From a virus, in IMG/VR virus record IMGVR_UViG_3300032087_004567: 64,000 bases of DNA. One strand, 5' to 3'. Positions 29,986 to 38,790 of the stretch are shown piece after piece. Position numbers and translations under genes: made by a program. The number at the start of each line of letters is the position of its first letter. Position 1 is the stretch's first letter. The notes below the pieces were generated by a model. It was not told where the DNA came from, searched no databases, and saw nothing but the letters and a program-made list of their open reading frames with translations.

Positions 29986-29994
29986 TTATTTTCC

Positions 29995-30471
29995 TTATAT
30001 AACTGTCCATACAGCATCATTAGATACTGTTACTGTAACATTATTTGATATCTCTATTGGACCTGCTGACATTGCATTCTTATCATTTGGAATGGTGTAG
30101 TTTGTGGTTACAACTTGATCATTGAGATGGAAGACCTGATCTGATCCTCCTCCTGTTGCACCTCCACCTACAGAAGCCCATGCAGATCCATTATAACCTT
30201 CAAAGCTACTATCTTCTGTATTAAATCTTAACTTACCTGTTACAGCTGATCCTCTTTGTCCAGTATTACCTGTGGGTACTGTAATAGAATCATTTCCAGG
30301 CAATACAATATTGTCTTCTAATTTACCAGATGTTATATTACTATCGGCTATTTTAACTGTAGTAATAGTACCATCGGCAATATCAGAAGCAACAACTGTA
30401 TTACTTGCTATTTTGTCTGCATTGATTGCATCATCGGCAATCGCATCTGTTCCAATTTTTGATAAAGCCAT
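29995..30471 (-). CDS. tail fibre-type structural protein
   Basis: IADDAINADKIA repeats, VPTGNTGQR, LRFNT..FEGYNG, GGGATGGG, NAMSAGP. Confidence 0.7.
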   Translation of the reverse strand: MALSKIGTDAIADDAINADKIASNTVVASDIADGTITTVKIADSNITSGKLEDNIVLPGNDSITVPTGNTGQRGSAVTGKLRFNTEDSSFEGYNGSAWASVGGGATGGGSDQVFHLNDQVVTTNYTIPNDKNAMSAGPIEISNNVTVTVSNDAVWTVI

Positions 30472-30476
30472 ATTCT

Positions 30477-30498
30477 TATTTATATGTCGTTATAAATA
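30477..30498. promoter_or_regulatory. back-to-back gp55-type late promoters
   Basis: TATAAATA on the minus strand (30477-30484) and on the plus strand (30491-30498), between divergent genes. Confidence 0.7.
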
Positions 30499-30569
30499 AC
30501 GATGTAAATGTTGGAACTATATTACGTCTGACCCCACCAGATTGATTAAATTATCCTTATTAATTTTTT

Positions 30570-31109
30570 TTGGAGAACAATTTGATCGATCCGATCACAG
30601 CCATTACTGCGGCTACAGCTGCATTTAATGGAGTCAAAAAATTAGTACAAGCAGGAAGAGAAATAGAGGATGTTACCGGGCAAATAGGTAAATGGTTCAC
30701 TGCGGTTTCTGATTTTAATCATGCAAGGAGTGAGGCAGAGAATCCTTCTAGTATGAAAAAGTTTATGTCTCCTAAGTCAGTTGAACAAGAGGCATTAGAT
30801 ATTGTAATTCATAAGAAGAAAATCCAGGAGATGGAAGCAGAACTTGCAACCATGATTAAATGGAGATATGGCGGTACTGTTTATGAAGAAATGATTGCAA
30901 TGAGAAGAAAGTTGAGAGCTCAAAGAGAGCAAGCCGTCTATGCAAAATTAAGAAGAAAAAAACAAATAAGAGATGCAATCATAGCATTTGCTATTGCAGG
31001 AATTGGATTATATCTAACATGGTTAATTGCCGATACAGCACTTAAGATGCATGAGAAGAAAAATCCACCAGAGGAAAAATATAAAGTAGAATTGCCCACA
31101 TCACCATGA
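30570..31109 (+). CDS. hypothetical membrane-anchored protein
   Basis: IDPITAITAATAAF N-terminus, coiled coil and C-terminal TM helix. Confidence 0.65.
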   Translation: MENNLIDPITAITAATAAFNGVKKLVQAGREIEDVTGQIGKWFTAVSDFNHARSEAENPSSMKKFMSPKSVEQEALDIVIHKKKIQEMEAELATMIKWRYGGTVYEEMIAMRRKLRAQREQAVYAKLRRKKQIRDAIIAFAIAGIGLYLTWLIADTALKMHEKKNPPEEKYKVELPTSP

Positions 31110-31303
31110 TATTAGAGAATAGAGATAGCGGTAACAAACAGTTTATAGTTTATAATTCATGTAATGAAGTTATACTAATAACGGCTAATTTAAAGATAGC
31201 ACAATATTATGATAAGTTTTTAGATGGTAAATGTAATCCTATAAATGTCTATACTGTTAAAGATGGTAAGACTATTGCTGATAATCAAGGACCTATCGTC
31301 TAA
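31106..31303 (+). CDS. hypothetical protein
   Basis: ATGA-coupled ORF. Confidence 0.5.
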   Translation: MILENRDSGNKQFIVYNSCNEVILITANLKIAQYYDKFLDGKCNPINVYTVKDGKTIADNQGPIV

Positions 31304-31808
31304 AAAAGTTTACATTCTCAGGTGATCTACCCCATAGCATTTGAGGAAGTAAAACATAACCTCTTTTTTCCTCACCTGTAATTGGATTGTGCATCCATCT
31401 TTTAGTTCCTATTGGATTACGACCCATACGTTTAAATGCTATTTTTGCCTTAGTTTCAGGTGTATGTCGTTTACCTGCAAAGTGTCTATACTTTCTTGCA
31501 GCAAGAGATAGTTTTCTTTTATGCTCATCAGTCTTTTTATACTTGCTTAGACTTTCAGATATTTTTACTCTAATCTTTTCTTGTATTTCAGGCGACCAAT
31601 ACTTCCAACCAAATTTCATCTTAACTGTATAATCTCTTATAACATCTTTTGGTTTGTATTGTTTTATAATTTTATCAAGAATAATATCTACATTTTCGGC
31701 ATCTTTAAGAATAGAAATCTGTTCATACATTTTATGATCAACTCTAAACTCTTTCTCAGTCTTATCTGTTATGTAAATTTTATCTTGTACCAGGTATAGT
31801 CTTAACAT
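31293..31808 (-). CDS. NUMOD3-repeat DNA-binding protein (homing-endonuclease related)
   Basis: KKTDEHKRKLS and GKRHTPETKAKI NUMOD3-like motifs; no clear nuclease catalytic motif. Confidence 0.6.
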   Translation of the reverse strand: MLRLYLVQDKIYITDKTEKEFRVDHKMYEQISILKDAENVDIILDKIIKQYKPKDVIRDYTVKMKFGWKYWSPEIQEKIRVKISESLSKYKKTDEHKRKLSLAARKYRHFAGKRHTPETKAKIAFKRMGRNPIGTKRWMHNPITGEEKRGYVLLPQMLWGRSPENVNFFRR

Positions 31809-31825
31809 AACTTTATATATACATG

Positions 31826-31854
31826 TTGATTAAATATTTAATTTCGTATATAAT
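31826..31854 (+). promoter_or_regulatory. early sigma70-type promoter
   Basis: TTGATT-N17-TATAAT. Confidence 0.75.
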
Positions 31855-31857
31855 AAA

Positions 31858-32400
31858 TTGATGTTTACAGAAGACAAAATATTAGTAATAGAAAACTTTT
31901 TTAATAATCCTTTATCTATTAGGGATAGTGCGTTAAAATGCGATTACTTTAAATGTAGTGAAGAATTACAAGAAAATAATATATTTTTTACACAGCAAAG
32001 ACATAACATTCTTGTTAGAAATAACTCTCTAGAAAAAAAGATTAAAGATTTATTTTTTGATCTTAATATACCAATTAAATCCTTTAATTGTAGTTTTAAT
32101 TTAGTTTTAGATAGTAAGCCATTAAATGATTTTATACATAGAGATTCATGTCACTATGCAGGTTTGGTATATCTAACTCCTAATCCATATAAAAAAACAG
32201 GTACTAGTTTCTACAAGCTTATAGATGAAGACATAGAAAAAGATGGGAGATCTTTCAGAATGTACAATAGAGTAGATAATGTTTTTAATCGCGCAATTTT
32301 TTATCATGGATCAAATTGGCATAATGTTATGGGAGGTTTTGGAGAAACAAAACATGACGGAAGGTTAACTCTTAACTTCTTTATAACTACTTGTTTTTAA
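31858..32400 (+). CDS. 2OG-Fe(II) oxygenase-like protein
   Basis: IHRD, AGLVYLTP, GTSFY, FNRAIFY...WH, GRLT. Confidence 0.75.
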   Translation: MMFTEDKILVIENFFNNPLSIRDSALKCDYFKCSEELQENNIFFTQQRHNILVRNNSLEKKIKDLFFDLNIPIKSFNCSFNLVLDSKPLNDFIHRDSCHYAGLVYLTPNPYKKTGTSFYKLIDEDIEKDGRSFRMYNRVDNVFNRAIFYHGSNWHNVMGGFGETKHDGRLTLNFFITTCF

Positions 32401-32424
32401 AGGGTTCTTTTTGTACCGAAATAG

Positions 32425-32453
32425 TTGATTTATTTTCGATAATTTCCTACAAT
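32425..32453 (+). promoter_or_regulatory. early sigma70-type promoter
   Basis: TTGATT-N17-TACAAT. Confidence 0.75.
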
Positions 32454-32486
32454 AGTATTATGTTAATTAATTTATTGGAGAAAAAT

Positions 32487-32729
32487 ATGACTGAGATGAC
32501 TATGAATCCTGAGACTACAACTGTTGATACTACACCTGTTGTTGTTAAGAAGAAAACTGCTAGACCTGGTAGCAACCTTGCAAAAGCTGTTGATATTGTA
32601 TCACAGACTGGTAAGGATGATAGAGAGAGCTGCCTTAAGGCTATCGTCGAAGGTTTAGGTGTTAAGAGAGGTAATGCTACTATTTACTACTCTAAGTCTT
32701 TAGCTTTACTTAACCAGGATGGTTGTTAG
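32487..32729 (+). CDS. early hypothetical protein
   Basis: GGAG RBS and ATG at 32487, downstream of the promoter. Confidence 0.65.
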   Translation: MTEMTMNPETTTVDTTPVVVKKKTARPGSNLAKAVDIVSQTGKDDRESCLKAIVEGLGVKRGNATIYYSKSLALLNQDGC

Positions 32730-32854
32730 AGGTAAAGCGCAACGGTGGGACTGGATCCCTGTAGAAGCGTAAAGTGCCGTTTAAAGAGTGTACAGCACCA
32801 AGATACTACAAAAATCTAGTCGTTGGCCAATTCGACTATAAAAAGGGCCGCCTT
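32729..32854 (+). ncRNA. candidate structured RNA ending in an H-type pseudoknot
   Basis: GC-richer intergenic segment with stems AACGGU/GCCGUU, GGGA/UCCC and UAGUCG/CGACUA, plus a loop GGCC pairing with GGCC after an A-rich linker. Confidence 0.45.
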
Positions 32855-32868
32855 ATTATTGGAACATT

Positions 32869-32949
32869 ATGAAAAATATTGATTACTTTTTTACAGGATT
32901 GTGTGTAGGTTTGATACCAGTTCTCTGGTTTATTCTAACTTTTATGTAA
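32869..32949 (+). CDS. 26-aa single-pass membrane peptide (not in the ORF track)
   Basis: MKNIDYFFTGLCVGLIPVLWFILTFM. Confidence 0.4.
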   Translation: MKNIDYFFTGLCVGLIPVLWFILTFM

Positions 32950-32963
32950 ACCTAAATACAGGT

Positions 32964-33128
32964 ATGGAATATGATACCTGGTTAAAAGAAAAAGACATTG
33001 AAAGAATTTGGAAAATAGTAGATTTTAAACTTCCAGATTACTTTTGTTCTAAAGAAGAACTACAAGAATTCAACAGAATCCTTGCACATATCATTCCAGA
33101 AAGCAGATTAAAGAAATTCCTTCACTAA
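32964..33128 (+). CDS. hypothetical protein
   Basis: MEYDTWLKEK...; preceded by a CTAAATA late-promoter-like site. Confidence 0.5.
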   Translation: MEYDTWLKEKDIERIWKIVDFKLPDYFCSKEELQEFNRILAHIIPESRLKKFLH

Positions 33129-33165
33129 CCTCTTCATTTTAAACGACTTTATTTTCGGAAAATAG

Positions 33166-33194
33166 TTGATTTAATTTCCGAAAGTTCATACAAT
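33166..33194 (+). promoter_or_regulatory. early sigma70-type promoter
   Basis: TTGATT-N17-TACAAT. Confidence 0.75.
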
Positions 33195-33227
33195 ATTAAT
33201 ATGAATAACGATAACAAAGGAGTTTAA

Positions 33228-33425
33228 ATGGGTGTATTTAGTGATTTAGATATTGAAATCAAACATGCTGAGTCTAAGGAAGACTTAGAGAATACTTTAA
33301 TTCGTAACTATAACTTTACCCCTCATGATTGGGTTTTTAGACAGTGTATGTTAGAGTATGATATTGTCAATAACGACAAGTATAGATTGCAAACCAAATT
33401 GAAGGAGTTAGAAAATGCGCAGTGA
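33228..33425 (+). CDS. early hypothetical protein
   Basis: AAGGAG RBS; N-terminus MGVFSDLDIE shared with the ORF at 41195. Confidence 0.7.
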   Translation: MGVFSDLDIEIKHAESKEDLENTLIRNYNFTPHDWVFRQCMLEYDIVNNDKYRLQTKLKELENAQ

Positions 33426-33654
33426 GATTGTTAAAAAATTATTAGATGATCAGTTAGACATCTATACAATGACCTTTTATCCACATGAGTACTATGACCA
33501 GTTTGATAAAAGCTGGTTAGATGACTTTTCTACAAAGTTAAAAGATATTTACAACAACATGGTTATCGATAAAGGATTTCATCCTGATGATGATTGTGAG
33601 ATTGTAATGCAAGAGGTACTCAATGTTTTAGATAGAGATCACAATTGCATATAG
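33415..33654 (+). CDS. early hypothetical protein
   Basis: AAGGAG RBS; coupled ORF. Confidence 0.65.
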   Translation: MRSEIVKKLLDDQLDIYTMTFYPHEYYDQFDKSWLDDFSTKLKDIYNNMVIDKGFHPDDDCEIVMQEVLNVLDRDHNCI

Positions 33655-33683
33655 TTGATTTAATTAAGGAGAGTGTATATAAT
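33655..33683 (+). promoter_or_regulatory. early sigma70-type promoter
   Basis: TTGATT-N17-TATAAT. Confidence 0.75.
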
Positions 33684-33711
33684 TAATTATAAATTAGGAA
33701 AGTGAGAAAAT

Positions 33712-34023
33712 ATGAGTTTATTTGATAACATAGATGTAATAGTAGATAAGATGCATAAAGATCTTACAGTTACTAAAGATAGTAGAACTCCTGCCGAGAA
33801 GTTGTGGGATAAGATGGACAGAAGTGTTCTTAATGATAACTATAAGTCAGATGATCTTTCCGGACTTAATATTCCGATTGATGCATGGTTGGTTTATAGA
33901 GACATGCCTGTTAGTAACTTAGATGTCTTTGGTACGTTGATTGGTAGAAATGCCCCGGCGGGCTACTTTGCAGTTTTTAAAATTGTAAACGATAAATTAA
34001 TTTGTTATTTGAGGAAGAAATAA
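33712..34023 (+). CDS. early hypothetical protein
   Basis: ORF after the promoter. Confidence 0.65.
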   Translation: MSLFDNIDVIVDKMHKDLTVTKDSRTPAEKLWDKMDRSVLNDNYKSDDLSGLNIPIDAWLVYRDMPVSNLDVFGTLIGRNAPAGYFAVFKIVNDKLICYLRKK

Positions 34024-34274
34024 TGATTAGAATGATATGTGGTGGTGTTATTGGTTGTATGATTATGTTATATTTTCAAACTACTAGTCCTTGGTTGCAA
34101 GCATTCACCGTTGGACTTATGGGTTATGATGAATGTACGATAGATAACTTACAGGAGTTAGATGTGAAACCTGCAGTAAAGGAAGATGGTTATGCATCTA
34201 CTCTAAAGAAGAAGTTTGAGATTAAAATTCCTGGTCAGGAACCTATAGTATTTGAAATTACGGATAATAAATAG
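34023..34274 (+). CDS. hypothetical protein with N-terminal TM/signal segment
   Basis: MIRMICGGVIGCMIMLYF; start moved to the ATG overlapping the upstream stop. Confidence 0.6.
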   Translation: MIRMICGGVIGCMIMLYFQTTSPWLQAFTVGLMGYDECTIDNLQELDVKPAVKEDGYASTLKKKFEIKIPGQEPIVFEITDNK

Positions 34275-34500
34275 ATGTATGCCAGTAAAAAATCTACGAT
34301 CACTCACATTAGAACAAAGTGCCCTTTCAAAGAAAGCCAATGAGTTTTCTAAAAAAGCGGCACGTTTAAGAAAAACACTTATCTTTTTTGAAACACCCCA
34401 TCGTGCACTAACCCCATACGATACATTAACTGAATTAAATACAAGAATTGATGAAATAAAAACACTTCTTGATCAAATAAAAAATGATTTAAATGATTAA
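34252..34500 (+). CDS. hypothetical coiled-coil protein
   Basis: ORF within an operon; start uncertain. Confidence 0.5.
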   Translation: MKLRIINRCMPVKNLRSLTLEQSALSKKANEFSKKAARLRKTLIFFETPHRALTPYDTLTELNTRIDEIKTLLDQIKNDLND

Positions 34501-34521
34501 ATAACTTTATTAAATTATATT

Positions 34522-34770
34522 ATGAAAAAATATGTTCACATTGATACCATTAAGATAAGATCCAACATAAAGAAGAAAAAGGCAGATCCAAAATTTGAGG
34601 TAGATCCGGTGGTTATTGTTCGAACCAAATCAAAAGTACTGGAAAAATGCCACGAGGTAGAAATTCAAGGACCTTGTAAGGTGGTATATGCCAAAGGTGG
34701 TGCAAAAATACTTAATTGCGGTGCCCGGGTTACCATTGAAACTGAATCACCCATTAGGGTTATACGATGA
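34522..34770 (+). CDS. conserved phage hypothetical protein
   Basis: HEVEIQGPCKVVY...LNCGARVTIET motif. Confidence 0.65.
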   Translation: MKKYVHIDTIKIRSNIKKKKADPKFEVDPVVIVRTKSKVLEKCHEVEIQGPCKVVYAKGGAKILNCGARVTIETESPIRVIR

Positions 34771-34997
34771 ACTTTATTGTAAGATATAAAAGAATTTATT
34801 TTAAGGACAACAGAGTAGAACATATCGAACAAACCCACTATGCCCACCATCCGGCCGATATATTCATGTCTATGGACACTGAATTTAGAAGAAAAGACTA
34901 TGTGGTAGAAAAAGTAGAGGTCATCAATGTCGATAGAGAATCATTTGGTAACCTTGAGAAACTAAAACAAATTGATATACCCAGAAGAGGACACTAA
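34767..34997 (+). CDS. hypothetical protein
   Basis: Coupled ORF. Confidence 0.55.
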   Translation: MNFIVRYKRIYFKDNRVEHIEQTHYAHHPADIFMSMDTEFRRKDYVVEKVEVINVDRESFGNLEKLKQIDIPRRGH

Positions 34998-35758
34998 TGC
35001 ATACCTATTATTATGAACCAATTTATAGGGGGAAGGTGCGTGATGTATATTCACTTACCAACAACTATCTTCTTATTGATACTACCGATAGAATATCAGT
35101 CTTCGATAAAGTATTAGATCTACCTTGTAATGGAAGAGGTAAGGTGTTAAATGATATAACAGCCTTTTGGTCTAAATATCTTTATGACATTATTCCTAAT
35201 CATTATGTGCGTCATACTGATAATCAAATGGTTGTTAGACGTACCACCCCCATAAAGATAGAATTTGTGGTACGTAAATGTATCTTTGGTTCTTTTTATG
35301 AACAGCATAAGGATAAGTTCTTTGAAGGTGAAATGTTAAAAAATCCTATACTTACACCTACATCTAAATCAGACGTAAAAGACGTTCCATTAACAGAAGA
35401 ACAATGCCGTTCTATATCGCGGCATTATGATTATTGTAAAGATATATCCATTAAGTTATTCAATAAAGCCTATGATTATCTATTTGATAGAGGCATGATA
35501 TTATGTGATACCAAGTTTGAATTTGGATTACAACGCAATGAAGTCCTCCTAATTGATGAATATTTGACACCAGATAGTTCCAGGTTAATCAAAAAATCAC
35601 AATATGAAAAAGGAAGATTTGTATTCAAGGATAAACAAATATTAAGAGATATAGTAAAGAATAAAGAACCATTAAATAAAGAAATAATGGATTATTTATT
35701 CTATATTTACGATAATACAAAGAATATTATTATTAATGGTAAAGTTAAAAAACTATGA
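34997..35758 (+). CDS. purC: SAICAR synthetase
   Basis: RGKVRDVY, TDRISVFD, IEFVVR, TPTSK, LCDTKFEFG, LIDEYLTPDSSR, DKQ. Confidence 0.92.
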   Translation: MHTYYYEPIYRGKVRDVYSLTNNYLLIDTTDRISVFDKVLDLPCNGRGKVLNDITAFWSKYLYDIIPNHYVRHTDNQMVVRRTTPIKIEFVVRKCIFGSFYEQHKDKFFEGEMLKNPILTPTSKSDVKDVPLTEEQCRSISRHYDYCKDISIKLFNKAYDYLFDRGMILCDTKFEFGLQRNEVLLIDEYLTPDSSRLIKKSQYEKGRFVFKDKQILRDIVKNKEPLNKEIMDYLFYIYDNTKNIIINGKVKKL

Positions 35759-36369
35759 AACAAATAATCGATTGTTATTCAATACCTATTCTAAAATTAA
35801 CACTCCCGGAAGATCTATTTAAACAGACATTAGAACGTGCCGAAATTTACATACGACACAACGATTGGTTCACCAAAGAACATTATGGTTGTTCAATCAA
35901 TTCATTCTATGATGATGGAAGACATTGTTATTGTGAGGAAAATGATAAGGAACTATTAGACTTTATTGATGAAAATATGTCCTCGTTTGTTGAAATAACC
36001 AATCATTCACTCAAAGGAACCAAACGAATATACAACAGTTGGTTAAATCTTAACATGCCAAACACCCAACACCCATTACATCAACACTTTAATTCATTTG
36101 TTTCCGGGGTAATTTGGTTACGTACACCGCCTAATTCTGGTGACTTTTCATTTCAAGATCCCATACCCGAACGTAGAATGAACCATGACAAGTATAGATG
36201 GGCCGTTAATGAACCCAATCATTATAATTCCGAAATGTATCGATGGAAGGTTAATGCCGGCAATATGATCTATTACCCCTCCTGGGTGCCCCATTGTGTG
36301 TATTCAAATGAAACTGAGGATGACTATAGACTATCCATTGCCTTTAATATGGAGATGGGAAAGGAATGA
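35755..36369 (+). CDS. 2OG-Fe(II) oxygenase (TIGR02466-like)
   Basis: SWLN, HPLHQH, SGVIWL, FQDP, YPSWVPHCV, RLSIAFN. Confidence 0.8.
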   Translation: MKQIIDCYSIPILKLTLPEDLFKQTLERAEIYIRHNDWFTKEHYGCSINSFYDDGRHCYCEENDKELLDFIDENMSSFVEITNHSLKGTKRIYNSWLNLNMPNTQHPLHQHFNSFVSGVIWLRTPPNSGDFSFQDPIPERRMNHDKYRWAVNEPNHYNSEMYRWKVNAGNMIYYPSWVPHCVYSNETEDDYRLSIAFNMEMGKE

Positions 36370-36504
36370 AAAAGGAATCCTTTGTTTCATTTATGAAACG
36401 TCAAGGCCCGAATCCAAAAAAAGGCTTCTTTTCTAGATGGACATGGTATATAATAAAAAGAAACGAATATCTTAATCGATGGAAGAAGAAGGATTAGAAT
36501 TAGG

Positions 36505-36768
36505 CTATTTCGAGTCTTTAGGACTCGAATAATCAAGAAAGGTTTCTCTAGTCATACATCCATAGGCGGCAATAGAAATAAAACGATCACATAGCCATTC
36601 ATCTAACGAACGATTAATGTATTGTACCATTTCTTTGGTATTAAGATAATAGGCACATTCATTATAACTTTCATATGGCTCCTTATGCTGTACATAATAA
36701 TAGTGTTTATTCAATCCATCATCATTGGAGAATAGAATAAGTACGGTGATGTAGAATGCCTTGCCCAT
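36505..36768 (-). CDS. hypothetical protein
   Basis: 87-aa ORF with a hydrophobic start, in a region with no competing + strand gene. Confidence 0.5.
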   Translation of the reverse strand: MGKAFYITVLILFSNDDGLNKHYYYVQHKEPYESYNECAYYLNTKEMVQYINRSLDEWLCDRFISIAAYGCMTRETFLDYSSPKDSK

Positions 36769-36914
36769 AGTAACTACTTAGCTGTCTTTGTATATTTGCC
36801 GTGTTTTCCCCGTGCATATGCTTAGTCTCCTTAGTCTAATACATTTTTTTATGTAGGGGAATGTGAGGGATTAAATGCACGTTACTAAACCCCCTTGTAC
36901 CCTGCATATACCGT

Positions 36915-36951
36915 GGGTCCTAAACGGTTCATAGTAAAGGACTCTTTTTTT
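36915..36951 (+). terminator. terminator-like hairpin or pseudoknot
   Basis: GGGTCCT/AGGACTC followed by T7; alternative stem ACCGT/ACGGT. Confidence 0.45.
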
Positions 36952-36961
36952 GTAAGATATC

Positions 36962-36990
36962 TTGATTTAATTTCCGTAATTTCATATAAT
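36962..36990 (+). promoter_or_regulatory. early sigma70-type promoter
   Basis: TTGATT-N17-TATAAT. Confidence 0.75.
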
Positions 36991-37215
36991 ATTCTAAATA
37001 ATTAGGAGATAGTATGATTAGATTAATCAATGAGGTGGCAATAGCAGTAGTAGTATTTGTATTGTTGTACTTACATAGTACTAAATCATTTAACGACTTA
37101 TTAGGAGGTATACTATAATGGTAGAGTTTTTATTCCAAAGTTGGTTTTTTGTTATTGCACTAGTATTTGTAGTAGGGTTATTTAAAAGTAATTAAACAGG
37201 AAATGGTGATTTTTT

Positions 37216-37404
37216 ATGTATAATATTGACGATGTATATCAGCAGGTAGAACGGCTCGAGGAACAGAATGATTCTCTGAAGAAGTCTCTCGACACTATAC
37301 TATCTAAACTAAATGAAATGGAACAGCAATTGAATTGGTTACGTTCGGAGGAGGAAGTTAAGCGTCATTGGCAGCAGGGGCCTAACTCTATGATTCATAG
37401 GTAG
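37216..37404 (+). CDS. small coiled-coil hypothetical protein
   Basis: Heptad-rich ORF. Confidence 0.55.
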   Translation: MYNIDDVYQQVERLEEQNDSLKKSLDTILSKLNEMEQQLNWLRSEEEVKRHWQQGPNSMIHR

Positions 37405-37520
37405 TCTCTGGCCCTTTCTCTAGACCCCTCTCTGCCCCGCTCTTGACCGGTATGGAACTTTATGGGCGCGCGTCAGGGCTCATTCTATCGGTGTGTTCAC
37501 GGAATATTTGCAGAATTTTG

Positions 37521-37714
37521 TAACTACTTGATATCATTGGGTTTTTCCTAAATCCTTGATATCATTGGACTTTTTAATGCTACCGGGTCCGGTTCGAAAC
37601 CTCTGGGGTCCGGTTCCAATGGAGGCCATTGACCCCCTACCACGTCTACATTATATTCTACATTCAATAATTAAAGCCACTAAAGAACCGGACCCCACCG
37701 CTAACTACTTGATT
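37521..37714. repeat. non-coding locus with three IHF-consensus sites and GGGTCCGGTTC direct/inverted repeats
   Basis: TAACTACTTGATA (37521), TAAATCCTTGATA (37549) and TAACTACTTGATT (37702) match YAANNNNTTGATW. GGGTCCGGTTC occurs at ~37585 and ~37606, with an inverted GAACCGGACCC at ~37685. Confidence 0.65.
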
Positions 37715-37751
37715 TTAAAGGAATGTTTATTGTAAATAATACAAAAAACAG

Positions 37752-37780
37752 TAGATTTAATTTCCGGAAGTTCCTATAAT
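37752..37780 (+). promoter_or_regulatory. early sigma70-type promoter
   Basis: TAGATT-N17-TATAAT in the same taatttccg context. Confidence 0.7.
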
Positions 37781-37813
37781 TAATTATAAGTTAAAGAAAT
37801 AAGGAGATTTAAA

Positions 37814-38089
37814 ATGACTAGAGAAGAATTTAAAAACTTAGATTACGTTAGTACTAACGAATTTGGTTATAATTTTTACTTAATTGAAGATTATGATGAA
37901 GATAGATTAGAATATTTCAAAGATAAGGTTTTATTTGCAAATATGAAAGGTGTAGAATTTCATTATGGAATGGGTGATGATATTTGTAATAGTGTTAGTG
38001 TTGAAAGATTAGAATTACTAGATGAGGTAGATGAGAATTTCGCCGATTGGTTAGTTAGTAATGGTGGTAAAAATGACTATGATGAATAG
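37814..38089 (+). CDS. acidic early hypothetical protein
   Basis: TAAGGAG RBS after the promoter. Confidence 0.7.
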   Translation: MTREEFKNLDYVSTNEFGYNFYLIEDYDEDRLEYFKDKVLFANMKGVEFHYGMGDDICNSVSVERLELLDEVDENFADWLVSNGGKNDYDE

Positions 38090-38118
38090 TTGATTTAATT
38101 TCGGAATTTTCATATAAT
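38090..38118 (+). promoter_or_regulatory. early sigma70-type promoter
   Basis: TTGATT-N17-TATAAT. Confidence 0.78.
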
Positions 38119-38150
38119 TAATTATAATTTAGAAATAAGGAGATAAACAA

Positions 38151-38492
38151 ATGTTAAAGACTTACCAATTATATCAGACATTCGACGGATCTAAGATTAG
38201 AAGAGATGCAATGTTTTATGGAAAAGATTCTAAGTTCTACAACTTAAAGCAGGCTGAAGAAGCATTTGCTGGTAGATATAGAAAAGACAACTATGAGTAC
38301 AAAGGTGAGATGTACTGTGAGAGCTTGGAAGAGGCTTTCGAGAAGTCAAACATGGGTGAAGGTCCTAAAGGTGCTTACTCAATGTCAGTAGGTGATATCT
38401 TAGTAAATAAGAAGACTGGTAGAACATACATAGTTGCAAGAGTAGGATTTGACGAGTTATACAAATGGGCTTATGGAAAGGAGGCTGCTTAA
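38151..38492 (+). CDS. early protein with a YodL-like domain
   Basis: LEEAFEKSN...YSMSVGDILV resembles the YodL signature; TAAGGAG RBS. Confidence 0.6.
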   Translation: MLKTYQLYQTFDGSKIRRDAMFYGKDSKFYNLKQAEEAFAGRYRKDNYEYKGEMYCESLEEAFEKSNMGEGPKGAYSMSVGDILVNKKTGRTYIVARVGFDELYKWAYGKEAA

Positions 38493-38743
38493 TGTTTAAT
38501 ATATGTTGTGAAGACCATAGAATAGAGGAGCTGTATAAAGCAGCTCGTGGGATTGATCCACTACCTGAGATGGTAGATGATTGGAACTCCATGATAGACC
38601 CAGAGAAGCAGACTATCTGGGAGATGTTACTGGAGGAGCTAGCCCCAGAGGAGTATCGTAGGTGGAAGGACTCTGCAATAACTACCCCCTGGTCGGAGAA
38701 GCTAGCTCCAGAAGATCTTCGAAGATGGTCTGCAATAACCTAG
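38492..38743 (+). CDS. hypothetical protein
   Basis: Coupled ORF with an internal repeat (LAPEEYRRW..SAIT / LAPEDLRRWSAIT). Confidence 0.55.
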   Translation: MFNICCEDHRIEELYKAARGIDPLPEMVDDWNSMIDPEKQTIWEMLLEELAPEEYRRWKDSAITTPWSEKLAPEDLRRWSAIT

Positions 38744-38767
38744 TTGTTTGTTAATCTCCCAACCTTG

Positions 38768-38790
38768 GCCGCCGTTAGGCGGCTTTTTTT
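38768..38790 (+). terminator. intrinsic terminator
   Basis: GCCGCC-GTTA-GGCGGC followed by T7. Confidence 0.88.

Noticed and set aside
31293-31808. Active homing endonuclease / mobile element
   Set aside because: Only NUMOD3-like DNA-binding repeats are recognisable; no GIY-YIG or HNH catalytic motif was seen.
32818-32849. Calling this a canonical preQ1-I riboswitch
   Set aside because: The topology fits, but the ligand-pairing C is absent and it is not upstream of que genes; kept only as an unassigned candidate.
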